Positions 44,401 to 56,089 are shown, counted from the whole stretch's first letter. The stretch is DNA of 63,796 nucleotides, filler included, from Licmophora abbreviata (GCA_900291995.1; 14 parts of 14 records of this genome joined end to end with filler, not necessarily neighbours in it); one strand, 5' to 3'. Program-made: numbers and translations. Notes: generated by a model from the sequence alone, not told the origin.

Positions 44401-47400
44401 ATGGACACCGAATCGCTTCATGTGGTGCTCCAGCAGTCGTTCAGTCCCGATGCGAGCCTTCGTGGACCAGCAGAAGAGACAATTCGGAACCTGAAACACC
44501 TCAAGGGAGCCACAGTTATGCTCTTGCAGGTCGCGGCCGAGAAGCAGGTGAGTTTTTTATTTGTAAAACGTGAACACGTCACAAATAATTATGGACGGAC
44601 ACCCATTCGACACAGCACTATCGCCTTGCTTTACGATGCTCCACGTACCTTACACACTCCAACATATCTAAAACACACTGTAGGTACAATTTGAGGTGCG
44701 ACAGGCTGCTGCTATTCAGCTAAAGAATATCTGCCGTGAGTGCTGGGCTGAGCGCATCTCTATTTTGGGTTACTCGCTGTCGGTCGAAGACGGAACCAAG
44801 CCTCCGATTCTTGCGGACGACGATAAGGCGCTGCTGCGAACCAATCTAGTCGAGGCCTTGCTAGCCGAACATGAGAAGTCGGTACGGGACTTGTTGGCCG
44901 AGACTATCCACAACGTGGTTGTTCACGACTTTCCAGAGAAGTGGCCTACGTTGATTCCGACGATACTCGGCGCAATTTCTCAAGGGAGCAACGACCCGCA
45001 GCAGGCGCTCCGTGTCCACAATGCTCTGCTGGCACTGCGTAAAGTCTGCAAGCGATACGAATACAAGTCCAAGGACCAACGTGGTCCCCTAAACGAGATT
45101 GTGGCGAAGAGTTTCCCGCTCTTGTTGCCCTTGGCACAGCGACTGAGCGATCCAAACGAACACAGCCTTGAGGCGGCCATGATGCTTAAGCAGATTTTGA
45201 AGATTTTTTGGAGTGCGACTCAGTTCTACCTCCCTGGAGGCGATGATAACAACCCCTCCCCCGCGTTAACGCATCCAGAATCAATGCAACCTTGGTTTGA
45301 TATTATTCAGAGAGTCTTGGCAAAGCCACTCCCAGAAGCTAGCACTGGGCTTGAGCCCCGTAGCCAACCGACGGAAATTGAAGGCCGCAATGCGTGGCCG
45401 TGGTGGAAAGTAAAGAAGTGGTCTGTGCAGATCATGTCACGTCTTTTCTCACGCTACGGTATTCCGGGTTACGCTGAAGACGAGGTGCAGGCATTTGCCA
45501 AGCACTTTTCGCAAAATGTTGCGACTAGGTTCTTGTCGACCGTTTTCGAAACTCTGAACCTTCGACCGTCGGGACAGTTTTGCACAGATCGAGTGGTGCA
45601 TCTATGCTTGACTTATGTTGACTTGGCAGTCGAGTTGGCACCGACGTACAAGCTCCTCAAGCCGCATTTAGACTTTTTGTTGTACAAAGTTTGCTTTCCA
45701 ACGATCTGTCTCACGGACGAGGACATTGAGACGTTTGAAAACGACCCCCATGAGTTTGTCCAGCGACAAATCTCTCCCTTGGCAGATTTCTATGATCCGC
45801 GCCAGTCAGCCATTACCCTAATCACGGATCTCGTCAAGCATCGAGGCCAGGACGTGACGCAACCACTACTTGTACACATGACGGAGATTCTTCATCGATA
45901 CAGTGCAGCTGATCCGAGCGCAAAGAATCACAAAGAAAAGGACGGTGCTCTCCTAACTTTCGGCTCGCTTGCCAAGTATTTACTGTCAAAGAAGAAGTAC
46001 GCGAGTCAAATCGAAGGCCTGCTCGTCCAGAGCGTTTTCCCGGACTTCATCAGCCCCGTAGGATTCCTTCGGTGCCGTGCTTGTTGGATGGCGCAACAGT
46101 TTGCGCAAGTGAAGTGGAGTGATGATGGAGTCAATCTTCGGACTCTACTCACGCTGATCCTGCAGCGACTCAGCGATCCTGCCCTACCGGTACAGATTGA
46201 GGCGAGCAAAGCACTGCGATTTTTAATTGAGCACGATGGTGCCGAGAGTACACTGCTGCCGGTCTTGCCGCAGCTGCTGACTGAATACTTTAGGATCATG
46301 AATGAAATCGGCAACGATGAGGTGGTCGCGGCGCTTCAGGTGATCATTGACAAGTTTGGCGATCACATTGAGCCTCACGCGGTCGCTCTCGTTACTCAGC
46401 TGTCTCAAGCGTTCTCCCAGTACTGTACTGCCGGAGAGGATGACGACGACGACGATGCTGCTATGGCAGCAGCACAGTGCCTCGAGTGCATTGCGACGGT
46501 GCTCAAGGGCATTTGCGAGAAACCAGAGCTCTTCAAAACCCTTGAGCCCCAGTTGATTCCGCTGGTGATGCGCATTCTAGGAAACGACGGCGAGTTCATC
46601 GAGTACCTGGAGAATGCCCTTGACATTCTTACTTTTCTAGTTTACTTCCCAATTGATATCACCCCCGAGCTGTGGCAGGCGTTTCCACTCATTTATTTGG
46701 CATTTGATAATTGGGCCTACGACTACTTGAATCTCATGATTCCGCCCTTGCAAAGCTTTATCGCCAAAGGTCCTCAAGTATTTCTTGCGGGTAAAGCGCA
46801 AATGGGCGACGCCGCAGTCCCGTACATCGACTTGATTTTCAGCATGGTGACCAAGACCGTGACGAATGATCGGTCATCTGAAAGCGAATGCCGTGTGGCG
46901 TTGACTCTTTTCATGACAGTACTTCACAACTGTCCGGGTCAGGTCGACTCATACCTTCATGCCCTGAATGAGATTACCCTGGGCAAGCTCGGACAGCAAG
47001 TTAATGCACCTCTGCCATTGACGCGCGTTGCGATTTATCAAGTACTCGGGTCGGCACTGTACTACAATCCTACTTTGGAGATACAAGAATTCGAGAAACG
47101 AGGAGTGACACAACAAGTCTTTGCCCAGTGGATGAAAGATGCGTCTGAAGGGGCATTGGACGAAACGTGGTATGGTCGGAAGATGACGGTACTCGGACTG
47201 GCGGCCATCCTGACGCTGCCGACGTCGACTCTTCCTCCGGCGATTTCAAGCTCGTTGAGCCATGTCATCATTGCCGCCGTCACCATTGCAGAAAACATGA
47301 AGCTGGATGTTGAGAAGGAGGAGACGCAAGGCGAAGAGGACAAGGCAAGCCTAGAAGAAGAATACGACGACGACGAAGAAGAAGGTTTTGCGGAAGACCA

Positions 47401-47818
47401 GGATGTAACGGATGATATCGACGAAGCGTACAAGAACGCGCTGAGCGGGGCAACTGGCCTTGAAGACGAAGACATTGCCCGATTTCTTATGGGGGACTTT
47501 GACGACGATGACGATATGGACGACAACTTTCAGTCTCCGTTAGACCAAGTCAGTGAACTGCTATTCCTGAACGATTCATTGAAGGCTTCGTTTGCGCGAG
47601 AGCCAGAGGTGCGTTCTACTTAGCTTGAGGAGATTATGTTGCAATGGCTTGTACAGCTCGTCTCACACCGCTCGTATGAAAACTCTTGTGCTTGTATGAT
47701 GTTACTACAGGTCTATCAGCAAATACAAACCTCTCTTCCCCCCGAGACGGTGCTTTCGTGCCAGCGGCTCTTTGCCGCCGCCGATGAGGCACGCCAACAA
47801 ATGCAACCACAAAACTAG
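44401..47818 (+). CDS. IPO7: Importin-7/8 (SAD2/Nmd5-like) nuclear import receptor
   Basis: IBN_N motif VRQAAAIQLKN, DFPEKWP, WWKVKKW, FENDPHEFV, GFLRCRACW and an acidic C-terminal region. Introns 44548-44683 and 47609-47710. Confidence 0.93.
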
Positions 47819-47908
47819 AGATACCAATAGATCCTCAAACCCCACCTATCCTCAATCATCCCCTATGTTGATAGTCGCATTGACTACTTTGCTGCTCGAC
47901 AGGGAAAA

Positions 47909-48721
47909 CTACGACTTCTCCATAGCAGTGGCTGTATTCTCATCAGAAAAGAGGCAGTGGAAAGTGGATCCGTCAATCTGTTTCGCCGCATCGCTCGACA
48001 AGCAGACGCCATCTTCGGCTCCTCCTTCGCACCAAACACACTCCTTGTTATCGGCAGTAGTATGCCCCTGGCAGTCCGACTTGGCGCCCTCCGCAAGACA
48101 CTCAAAGAGATCCGGAGCAAAGGAATCGTCCGAAGTAGCATCGTCATCGGCAGTAGCCGTATCGTCGTCGTCCGGAGCCGGACCCGCACAGACGTAATCC
48201 CCAGTCTCCGAGACTGTGGCCGCCGCTTTTTCGCTCAAGCAAAGACTAGCGCCATCGGAGGGGTCCGGCTTTGGAGCGTCGTCATCATCCTCGTGGAAGG
48301 AGTCATCGAGTGGAAACGTATCGTCGTTGATAGCCGAAACTGACGTGCACCAGAGACACCCTCCATCGACGCTAAAACATGCGTCGCCGTCGTTGGAGTG
48401 GACGAGACATTCGAGCAACTGCAGGATATGAAGACGACGCGAGTGAGGTTTCGTAGTTTCCGCAGCGATCGCTTCTACTGTATCTTAGCACTTCTCGCAC
48501 AGCAAAAGTGCTGCAGTGTATCATAGTAGTATGATACAGGCACTCACGTGAGGATAGTCATCGTCGTCGTCCTGAAGTTCAGCGGAAGCGAGGAAAGTGA
48601 AAGTGAGCCCTTTTCCCTTGCCATCAGACCCGCGCAACGTCGCTTTCTGTAGCTGGGCAGTCATAGGGGCTGCCAGGAGCAGCATAAGCGCGGCAAGTCG
48701 AACGACTGCTGAGAACGTCAT
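47909..48721 (-). CDS. Secreted acidic protein with two CxWC-containing Cys-rich repeats
   Basis: Signal peptide MTFSAVVRLAALMLLLAAPMTA. Intron 48547-48419 joins in frame. Two units of EC..C..CxWC..CLS..AA..C separated by Asp-rich linkers. Confidence 0.8.
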
Positions 48722-49008
48722 CGTCGTTGTCGAAGAAGAAGGGAAGTGTAAAGTGTAAGATCTTTCTTGTTCAGGTCGCGCCTTTCGCCTTTCGACATGC
48801 GTTGGAGGGGTTGGATTCTGAATTTTGCAATTTTGGAGATTTGCCGATTCCAAATATTTCAGAAATTTTGGTCGTAGAGTTCTATGAGTGAAGGGTAGAA
48901 CGAGCCCAAACGTTTCGCAACTCACCTGAACTATCATTAGATGAGATACAACTATCAATCTTAGTCTAATGCGTGCCTAGTATCTGGTTAGCTCAAAATG
49001 CTCGAGTG

Positions 49009-51042
49009 TTACCTGTTCTTCCAACTTTCGGGAAAGATATCGTCCGGGATCATAATTTCGTGCCGAAATGCGTCCTCCATGTGCCAATCGGCTGTTCGCG
49101 CCTTGTTCACTAGTTCGATTCCATCGACGCCAACGCCCTTAACAAAAACAAGCTCATCGCCGACCATCATCTTTACATCGTACGAGATGTCGCTCGGGTC
49201 CATGTCATGTCGATCTATTACGTGGCAGTGGACGCGTTGGCTAGTCGACTTGATGGGCGGAGCAAACTTGTAACCGTCGTCATCCAAAATGTAATTCGCG
49301 ACGCAAAGAGTGTGAAGATTTGGTGGATACGGTCGCTTTCTTCGTTCTTCTTGCGTCAAGAGAGGTTCCGTCCATTCTGTTGCGTGCACGTATTCATCCG
49401 CACCCGGCGGGGGTGTCCAGTGCTTGACGTATTCATCCCAAGCTTCTTGCCACTCGTCACCGTAATCCATCAAGATTTCTTCGCCTTCCTCGATATCTCG
49501 CAATGCGACATAATCAAATGACAGTCCAATCTTTTCTTCGACGTAGCTTAGAGAATCAACATCCTTCGCAAGCCAGGATGGTTTGTGCGCCACCAGCTCA
49601 TCGCCGGGCCATTGCACCTTCACGTTGGCATCTTCCCGGCCGTGATTGATGTAGTTGACCATCCCACCGTATGGTGTTAGAACCAGAGTGGAGTCCCGAT
49701 GTCCGAAGCTGTAGTTGATAATTAGATCTTCGTTGTGAAAGACCCTTCCCGATTCGTTGTAAGTAATGTTAAGAATATGCCGCGCCTTTCCAATGTGAAC
49801 GAGCGGCGCGTATCCAACAACGTTGCCTTTCGGCAGAAAACGATTCGCAAAGGCACCGCGTCCCGCCTGTTCAATCGTTGACCGACCCGGTCTCATGTGA
49901 TCCTGGCACTTGCCATTCTTTTCCAACCACTCGACGTCGCGATGTCCAATCTGCTGAATAAAGTGTCGTACGATGGAGAACTCTTCGTCGTCATCGTCAG
50001 TCTCGCGCCGTTGCATCTCCCGAGATACCGTCGTCCAACTGTGCTGCGGCAGTGCCCCTAGTATCTTGGACTTGAAAGGAAAGTCTCGTGACGTTAGATT
50101 CCACAGGCCCTCGGCGAGCTCGTCCGGAAGCTCGTTCGCTTGCACCCAGGCATAGTAATCCCAAAGAAACGCATCGGCGTTGTCGAGGTTCTCATCGAAT
50201 GTAATGATCGCGCCCGGAATCCAAGGGATCCAATTGTCACCGTAGGCTGCAAACAATTCATCACCGGCCTCGACAGGCAGTCTGATCGTCGTCTCTGATG
50301 AGTGATACGGTGTGAATGCGTTGACCCCAGGATCCTTGCTCCTATGCAAGCCAGCTGTGTCGTATTGGCTACCCCGAGTCGAATGAATGTTGTGCATGTC
50401 CAGTCGCGAATTGACCGTACAGCCAACTCCTGGGATGAACGCTGCTCCTGACTCATCTTTGGAAAGATCCGTTTTGGACTCCAAGTTGACGACGGATCCC
50501 TCCCTGTTGATGATCGAAAGCCAACGCGAGACCGCACAGGCGTGAGATGACGAAGAACGGAAGCACCATGGACAGAACATAATCTCTCTCTCTCTCACAC
50601 ACACACACGATACCCACCAGATATATCGATCCCAAAGCGTCCCGTCTCTTGAATCTTGTTCACCCCATTCTCGAAATAGCAACGGAACAACAATCTCTGG
50701 AAAGTTGACGACTGTTCCCTCACTCAAAGCCTTGGCAGTGAAAATTCCCAAATTAGCCACGCCAACTGCAAAGTAGAAGGCAGAAAACAATTCTGAGCGC
50801 CCATCTACATTGTGAGAATCAAGACTGAAGTACCCGTACTGATTTTAGCACTCACTGGTCGACGGCGCCATGTAAATACCGCAGTCGGGCTCCGGGTACA
50901 GCTTGCAGGAGTTGTCGATTTCACAATCCTGGGGAGCCGGTTCCTGCGGGGGCTCTCGAGATTGCCGCCAGCCACCAGCAAGAGAAATTGAAGATACGCA
51001 CACTGCACACGACAGAATGCACACGAGGCGGAACATTGTCAT
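49009..51042 (-). CDS. Signal-peptide-bearing tandem SET-domain protein (diatom-type)
   Basis: Signal-like MTMFRLVCILSCAVCVSSISLA. SET-like 1: CGIYMAPST...PGVGCTVNS...VEAGDELFAAYG. SET 2: STIEQAGRGAFA...NYINHG...ALRDIEEGEEILMDYG. Introns 50855-50766 and 50617-50504. Alternative upstream ATG at 51114. Confidence 0.88.
50582..50608. repeat. Compound (TC)n(AC)n microsatellite within an intron of the SET gene
   Basis: atctctctctctctcacacacacacac read directly from the sequence. Confidence 0.85.
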
Positions 51043-51345
51043 GCCGCAGTGCAGTTGGGTCCTCAAGCGTCGAGTCGTCGACACCGTTGCTATGATGATA
51101 GTCTCAGGCATCATTTTTCATTTTGTCTTGGGTTGAAAAAGAGAAAAAGAAAAGATGGCTGTTCACTCCTCTACAACCGTGGGATGGACAGACGGTCTGG
51201 CCCGGCTGGTCGAAGCTAACACTCGACGTCGCAAACGAAGTTTGAGTTTGGTCCCGCAAGCTGCTATCATATAAGGCCTGCGTTAGTCACTACGAGTATC
51301 ATAATACTACTATGGTGAGAAGCTAGCGGGTTAAAACAAAACGAT

Positions 51346-52704
51346 TTATTCATCATCCCAGCAGCCTTTCCAGCTGTCCCCGAGCAATCGGTACAGGCGC
51401 TTGTTGTATGGAGACAAGAATTTGGACAGCTTCCGCAATGCCTCCTTGTCGTCGTCGCTAGGATCCGTCAACACAACCGAATTGTTGATAGCAGCCACCT
51501 CCTTCCAATTGATATTGGCCTGCTCCGGTAGCCCCAAAAAGTCGAGAACCTGCTCGTATTTCTTGTCCGGCTCTTGCTTCCATTGCTCGTACTTTAGAAA
51601 CTTAATGACTTGTAGCGGTTTGCGTCCAGTGTCACGAATCGCTTGGAACCAATGTCGCAGCTGCAATTCATACAAGCTCTGTCCAATAGGACCCAATCGC
51701 GTGCGCTGCAGATATCGGAACCATGCATCCTCCTCTTCGAGCGATCCATGTTTCGGCGCATCGTCACCCAACAGGCCGGCCGCTCGCATGACTGCGAAAT
51801 CCAGATCGACCCATTCTGCAAAGCTCCGTTGAAAATGATGTTGCTTCACAGCGGTCTGGTAGCTTGAGATAATTCGATCGACAGGGTGTCGGAGTATAAC
51901 GACCAGCTTTATCCAAGGACAGACACACAATATTCTCTGTGGCGGGACGGCAAACATGTAGTGCGAGGTCGCGTCGAAACTGAATGGCACTGTAGAGTTG
52001 TTCGCTCGCAAGGCGGTGCCATGATAGTGCCGCGCGTACATTTTCTGTCGTGCCGACCACACTTTCGTCTTTTGTTGTATTGTAGCAAAGCCACGAAAAT
52101 GCAGAAAGAACTCGAGCTGATTCGAGGTGGGGACGGTGGGGATCGCTTCCGGATGCTTGCGCAGTAGTGACGCCAGCTTCGCGACGCCACTGTCACTGGG
52201 TCCGGGCAAGAGAAACAAGGGTGCCCGTTGTTGCCACGCAGTCGATTCGCCCGCAGGAAACCACTCGGCTCCCTCGAGCTGACACCATTGATCGACAAAG
52301 CCCTCCGCGAGAGTCTGGTCCGGAAACTCGGCACCCGGCACAATCACCTGTGGTGGTGAAGTCTCTGCGGTCTCTGTCGACTGAGGCTTGGTCCGCTGTG
52401 CTGTAGGGGTAGCCGTTGGTTTTAAAGTAACATCTTCATGATTCGAGCCGGGTCGAGTTGGCCTCAACGACGGTGTCGTTGCGGAAGTGTGCTTTGCGGG
52501 CGGCGCCTCGGACGCGGGACGCACTGTCGGCGGCGTCTCCCCGCCTCCTATTCGATTCGTTGGCTGTACAGTCGGAGCTGACATTGGAGGCTTGGTCTTC
52601 GCGTGATCCTTGATTTCCATTACAGACGGATCGTCGCTAAAGGCAGTCTCAGACGGCACATCGCCAAACCACCACCCACCCAGTACGAGACACACGACAA
52701 CAGC
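51346..52704 (-). CDS. Golgi-type sulfotransferase-like protein (heparan-sulfate 3-O-sulfotransferase fold), 5' end in gap
   Basis: TM remnant and Pro/Thr stem, then FDATSHYM, KLVVILRHPVDRIISSY (3'-phosphate-binding motif), SLYELQLRHW, VLDFLGL and FLSPYNKRLYRLLG. Confidence 0.85.
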   Translation of the reverse strand, partial: AVVVCLVLGGWWFGDVPSETAFSDDPSVMEIKDHAKTKPPMSAPTVQPTNRIGGGETPPTVRPASEAPPAKHTSATTPSLRPTRPGSNHEDVTLKPTATPTAQRTKPQSTETAETSPPQVIVPGAEFPDQTLAEGFVDQWCQLEGAEWFPAGESTAWQQRAPLFLLPGPSDSGVAKLASLLRKHPEAIPTVPTSNQLEFFLHFRGFATIQQKTKVWSARQKMYARHYHGTALRANNSTVPFSFDATSHYMFAVPPQRILCVCPWIKLVVILRHPVDRIISSYQTAVKQHHFQRSFAEWVDLDFAVMRAAGLLGDDAPKHGSLEEEDAWFRYLQRTRLGPIGQSLYELQLRHWFQAIRDTGRKPLQVIKFLKYEQWKQEPDKKYEQVLDFLGLPEQANINWKEVAAINNSVVLTDPSDDDKEALRKLSKFLSPYNKRLYRLLGDSWKGCWDDE

Positions 52705-52888
52705 NNNNNNNNNNNNNNNNNNNNNNNNNNNNNNNNNNNNNNNNNNNNTTAATTAATTAANNNNNNNNNNNNNNNNNNNNNNNNNNNNNNNNNNNNNNNN
52801 NNNNCCCCCCCCTGATCCCCAGCCGAGTCGACACTCGATCTCAGAAAATACTTCAGAAGTGATGACGTCGGGCTCATCCTCTCTGAAG

Positions 52889-54358
52889 CTAAAGTGCCCT
52901 TGAGTACTTGAGTAAAGCTCTCAAGTTTTGTTTGACTTCCGTGTAATGTTGTATCATCCGAAACGTAGGCTTCCTCCCTTTCGCTCGTTCGACCTTGGCC
53001 CACCGATTGTTCCTTTCAATGTCGGGTTCTCCGAGACCTTGATTAACAGCTTGGGTAGTAGATCCCCGTCGAAAAGATCGACTCATCCCGTACTCCTCTC
53101 TGACGTCCACTTGCTCACTAATCACATCCGTCTGAACTTGGATCTCACACAATGCGTCCAACACTTCTACCTCGTAGTCGCTCGCCCTCCCTCTGCGCCG
53201 CGGTCCTCTTCGAAACACAGGACCGTCCGAAATTCCTTCATTTTGATACCAAGCTACCATCCTTTCGACCCAGAGTCTGGGCCTCAAACCTGACTCTGAC
53301 ACCGAGGCTAACGGCAAGAGATGATACAACTCTCCAGTCTCACCCTTGAATCGACCTAGCAACGCCACTACCACGTGCGGGTGCTCCGAATTGCGTCCAC
53401 TTTCCTCCAGGTGCTTGCGAATCCCTGTTAGGTCCGCAAGCGGTGTCTCTTCTCCTCGGAGTCCTCCACAGAATGAGATCACAGAAAACAGGGCGGGAAA
53501 GAGCACGCGCGATTGAGCCATCCTGTCACCATGAGCTTCCTCCCATTTTTGCTCGAATCTTTCCATAAGTTTCTTCATAACCTCAATAGAGATGGCAAGA
53601 TCCGGGATACTTTTGTCGCCCATTCTCTTGTGCATTCCCAAGTTAAAACGCTCATACCAATCAGTGAAAGTAGGGCAGGACGTGTGAAAAAGCTTTGTCG
53701 TCTCGCGTGCCATTACCGCCACTCCCGTCCCTTCGACTGAGGCATGCCATACATTTGAAAAACCACTTCGCAACTTCCGCGCCGTCTCAAATTGGATGGT
53801 GGATTCGTTCTTTCCCGGGTCAAGTGTCCGAACCAAGGTAGCACATGCCACTCTCATCCCCACACTGTCGCTCACCGGATGAGGACCGAGAGGAGGAAGA
53901 GGATCTAAGATCCCAAGGACACTGCTCTTCTTCAGCAATAGGCGGGTCTGGCTTCGGGTGCTCGAGATAGTACCAGGCTCTCGAGCCCAGAAGGCATCCA
54001 GATTTGCTCGACGGATGCAAGAGAGGAGCAGGGAGTCCTTTGCGTTGATCGGAATCGGGTTACGACGCTGAATGTTTCGAAAATGGCAAAGGTCGCACTG
54101 GAATTGACAACACAAATTATCGCCCGCGCGTGCCACCACAAACCTCTCACTCTCCTCTTCAAGATCCAAATCATTGCCTTCTTCATCTGTGGGACGCCTG
54201 ATGGGAAAATCCGGACACGACTTAGCGTCGTAACAATTCCCACACCACGCGTTCCGACATGCCGTCCAACCCTCTCGCCCGCTTGAGTAGTTTCCGCAGA
54301 AAATCCCTTGGGACCACGAGATTGTTTTTCGACATTTCTCGCAGTTTCCTTTCAGCAT
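52889..54358 (-). CDS. Tyrosine recombinase with Cys-rich N-terminal extension
   Basis: Catalytic set in the expected order: GLRGEE (R), GRFKGE (K), SRSFRRGSTT (xxxR), NNRW (W), IQHY (Y). N-terminal CxxC clusters. ATG at 54358; the frame is open to 54490. Confidence 0.9.
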   Translation of the reverse strand: MLKGNCEKCRKTISWSQGIFCGNYSSGREGWTACRNAWCGNCYDAKSCPDFPIRRPTDEEGNDLDLEEESERFVVARAGDNLCCQFQCDLCHFRNIQRRNPIPINAKDSLLLSCIRRANLDAFWAREPGTISSTRSQTRLLLKKSSVLGILDPLPPLGPHPVSDSVGMRVACATLVRTLDPGKNESTIQFETARKLRSGFSNVWHASVEGTGVAVMARETTKLFHTSCPTFTDWYERFNLGMHKRMGDKSIPDLAISIEVMKKLMERFEQKWEEAHGDRMAQSRVLFPALFSVISFCGGLRGEETPLADLTGIRKHLEESGRNSEHPHVVVALLGRFKGETGELYHLLPLASVSESGLRPRLWVERMVAWYQNEGISDGPVFRRGPRRRGRASDYEVEVLDALCEIQVQTDVISEQVDVREEYGMSRSFRRGSTTQAVNQGLGEPDIERNNRWAKVERAKGRKPTFRMIQHYTEVKQNLRALLKYSRAL

Positions 54359-54761
54359 CGTCCACGAAGCGGGATCTCCTGAGTCTCCAGGGTCTGTGAC
54401 GAATGAGGGGGAAAGAAATTCCGATAATGAGAGGTTCATGTTGTTGAAGATCCCACATGGAGGAGCCGGTACAGGGGATCGAAAACACAAGATCAGCCGC
54501 CTTTTGAAGGGTCTTTCGCCACCAGGCCGTCATTAGTCTTGGCACCACGAAAACATGCAAAGAGGAAGCGTCTCTGTGAATCGACCGGGCCATGCGTTCC
54601 ACCGCCACTGAAGCCGCCGCTGGAGCTGGGATCCAAAGATGTTTCTTCTGCGGGGGCAACGTCTTGAACCAGTCCTCAGCGGAGAGTACCATCATGTCAT
54701 CGCCAACCCATGACCTGACCCACGGGAGGAGATCAGGAGATCGTTCGGCAACAGACAGATG
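54222..54761 (-). CDS. C-terminal part of the element's pol ORF (DIRS methyltransferase-like domain)
   Basis: HLWIPAPAAA...HVFVVPRLMTAWWRK resembles the xxPP...VP.W..WW pattern of the MT-like domain that follows RNase H in DIRS elements. It overlaps the YR ORF in another frame and is truncated by the gap. Confidence 0.65.
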   Translation of the reverse strand, partial: HLSVAERSPDLLPWVRSWVGDDMMVLSAEDWFKTLPPQKKHLWIPAPAAASVAVERMARSIHRDASSLHVFVVPRLMTAWWRKTLQKAADLVFSIPCTGSSMWDLQQHEPLIIGISFPLIRHRPWRLRRSRFVDDAERKLREMSKNNLVVPRDFLRKLLKRARGLDGMSERVVWELLRR

Positions 54762-54861
54762 NNNNNNNNNNNNNNNNNNNNNNNNNNNNNNNNNNNNNNN
54801 NNNNNTTAATTAATTAANNNNNNNNNNNNNNNNNNNNNNNNNNNNNNNNNNNNNNNNNNNN

Positions 54862-56089
54862 CGCATTCGTTCGACGGGGAACGATTCAGTGAACCATCCC
54901 CTTGAGGAGAATGGTCAGATTGCACGCCACTGGATCCCGCTGGGCTAAGCAATGATTCAGTAGGCGTTCGACAGATCCCCGACCCGGTCGAGACGATCCC
55001 ATGAGAACTCCTCTTTCGCGCAATCTTGGCCTGGGACCCACCCTGTGAATCCGGTTGTGCCTTCCGCTTTCGACTGCCAGGGGCTGAGCCCCACACCCAA
55101 TTCGCCACCGCCTCAAAGAAACTGTGCCGGATCTTTTGAGGCACCTTGATTGACTCTAGTAACAACTCACACGAGGCGGGGGAGACTCCCAACAGAAGCG
55201 ACTCTGGGACATCCATGATCAACAATCGCTCTGTCACCGTCAATGGCCTCTCAACCCAGGACCTCCCGAAATGTTGCAGCCGAACTCTTGACGCTTTGGA
55301 GTACAGCGGCCACAGGCTCCAGCTCCAAACGGTACGTCCCTTCCGAGCCCACGCGACATGATCTGAAGCGGCGGGCGGTACTCTTTCAGGCGTTTGGCAA
55401 TGCCGACCCTCAACTCCAAACTTTAAAACAGTCCGTAAGTCCTGGGAGGGTCTGTGACTTAGAACGATTGACTCGAGGTCACCTTTTTCCCCTTTCACGC
55501 TCACAACCGAGGGATTGTTGCGCTCATCGCGCTTCTTCCAGCATCTAGCCTCCCAGGACCCATTCGTGACTCCCCCGACGGCCGAGTGACCAACAAGAAT
55601 CGTACGAAAGTCCCACCCTTCCAGACACATCTTTGACTTCCTTGGGGGTCGGAACGAAACCACACAGCGAAGCGCCCGACTCTCAGCCACGAGTGGGGTC
55701 ATGACCTGTGTCGCATCCTCATCTTCCAACACCAGGATAGTCACCGGGTGCGTCCCCATCACCCTCAATAACTCCTCCTTCCTTCCAACCCTAACCATCG
55801 CGTGGCCTCCCACAGCCCGCAACACTGTTTCTCGCAGGGCCGGGTCCTCCACCACTACCCAAGATAACTTCGCACGTATTCTCAAATTGAGTAAAGCAGA
55901 CCAGGGGAAAAAGCGGGCATACACCCCCATGTCCCCAGCGGGCTCAACGTCAACTATCATACCGGTTTCAACACCGTCTCGTGCGTACTCAGGCTTCTTC
56001 CTCTCTTCCGGAGGGGCGGATCCGAAGCTCGCCCCCGGGATAATGTCGGGTTCCAAGTCCGACGTGAGAGGGACGACCTGGCGTCCCCA
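54862..56089 (-). CDS. Element ORF2 N-terminal region (possible degenerate C5 DNA-methyltransferase-like domain)
   Basis: Open frame of about 409 codons starting directly after the gag-like TGA. Contains GHSAVGGVT and WVERPLTVTERLLIMDVPE; runs into the gap. Confidence 0.6.

Noticed and set aside
28296..47818. Two importin-beta family genes as a functional cluster
   Set aside because: Different subfamilies, 13 kb and two gaps apart; likely coincidence.
52889..54490. Phage integrase or bacterial contamination
   Set aside because: No phage or operon context; the overlapping MT-like and gag-like ORFs fit a eukaryotic YR retroelement.
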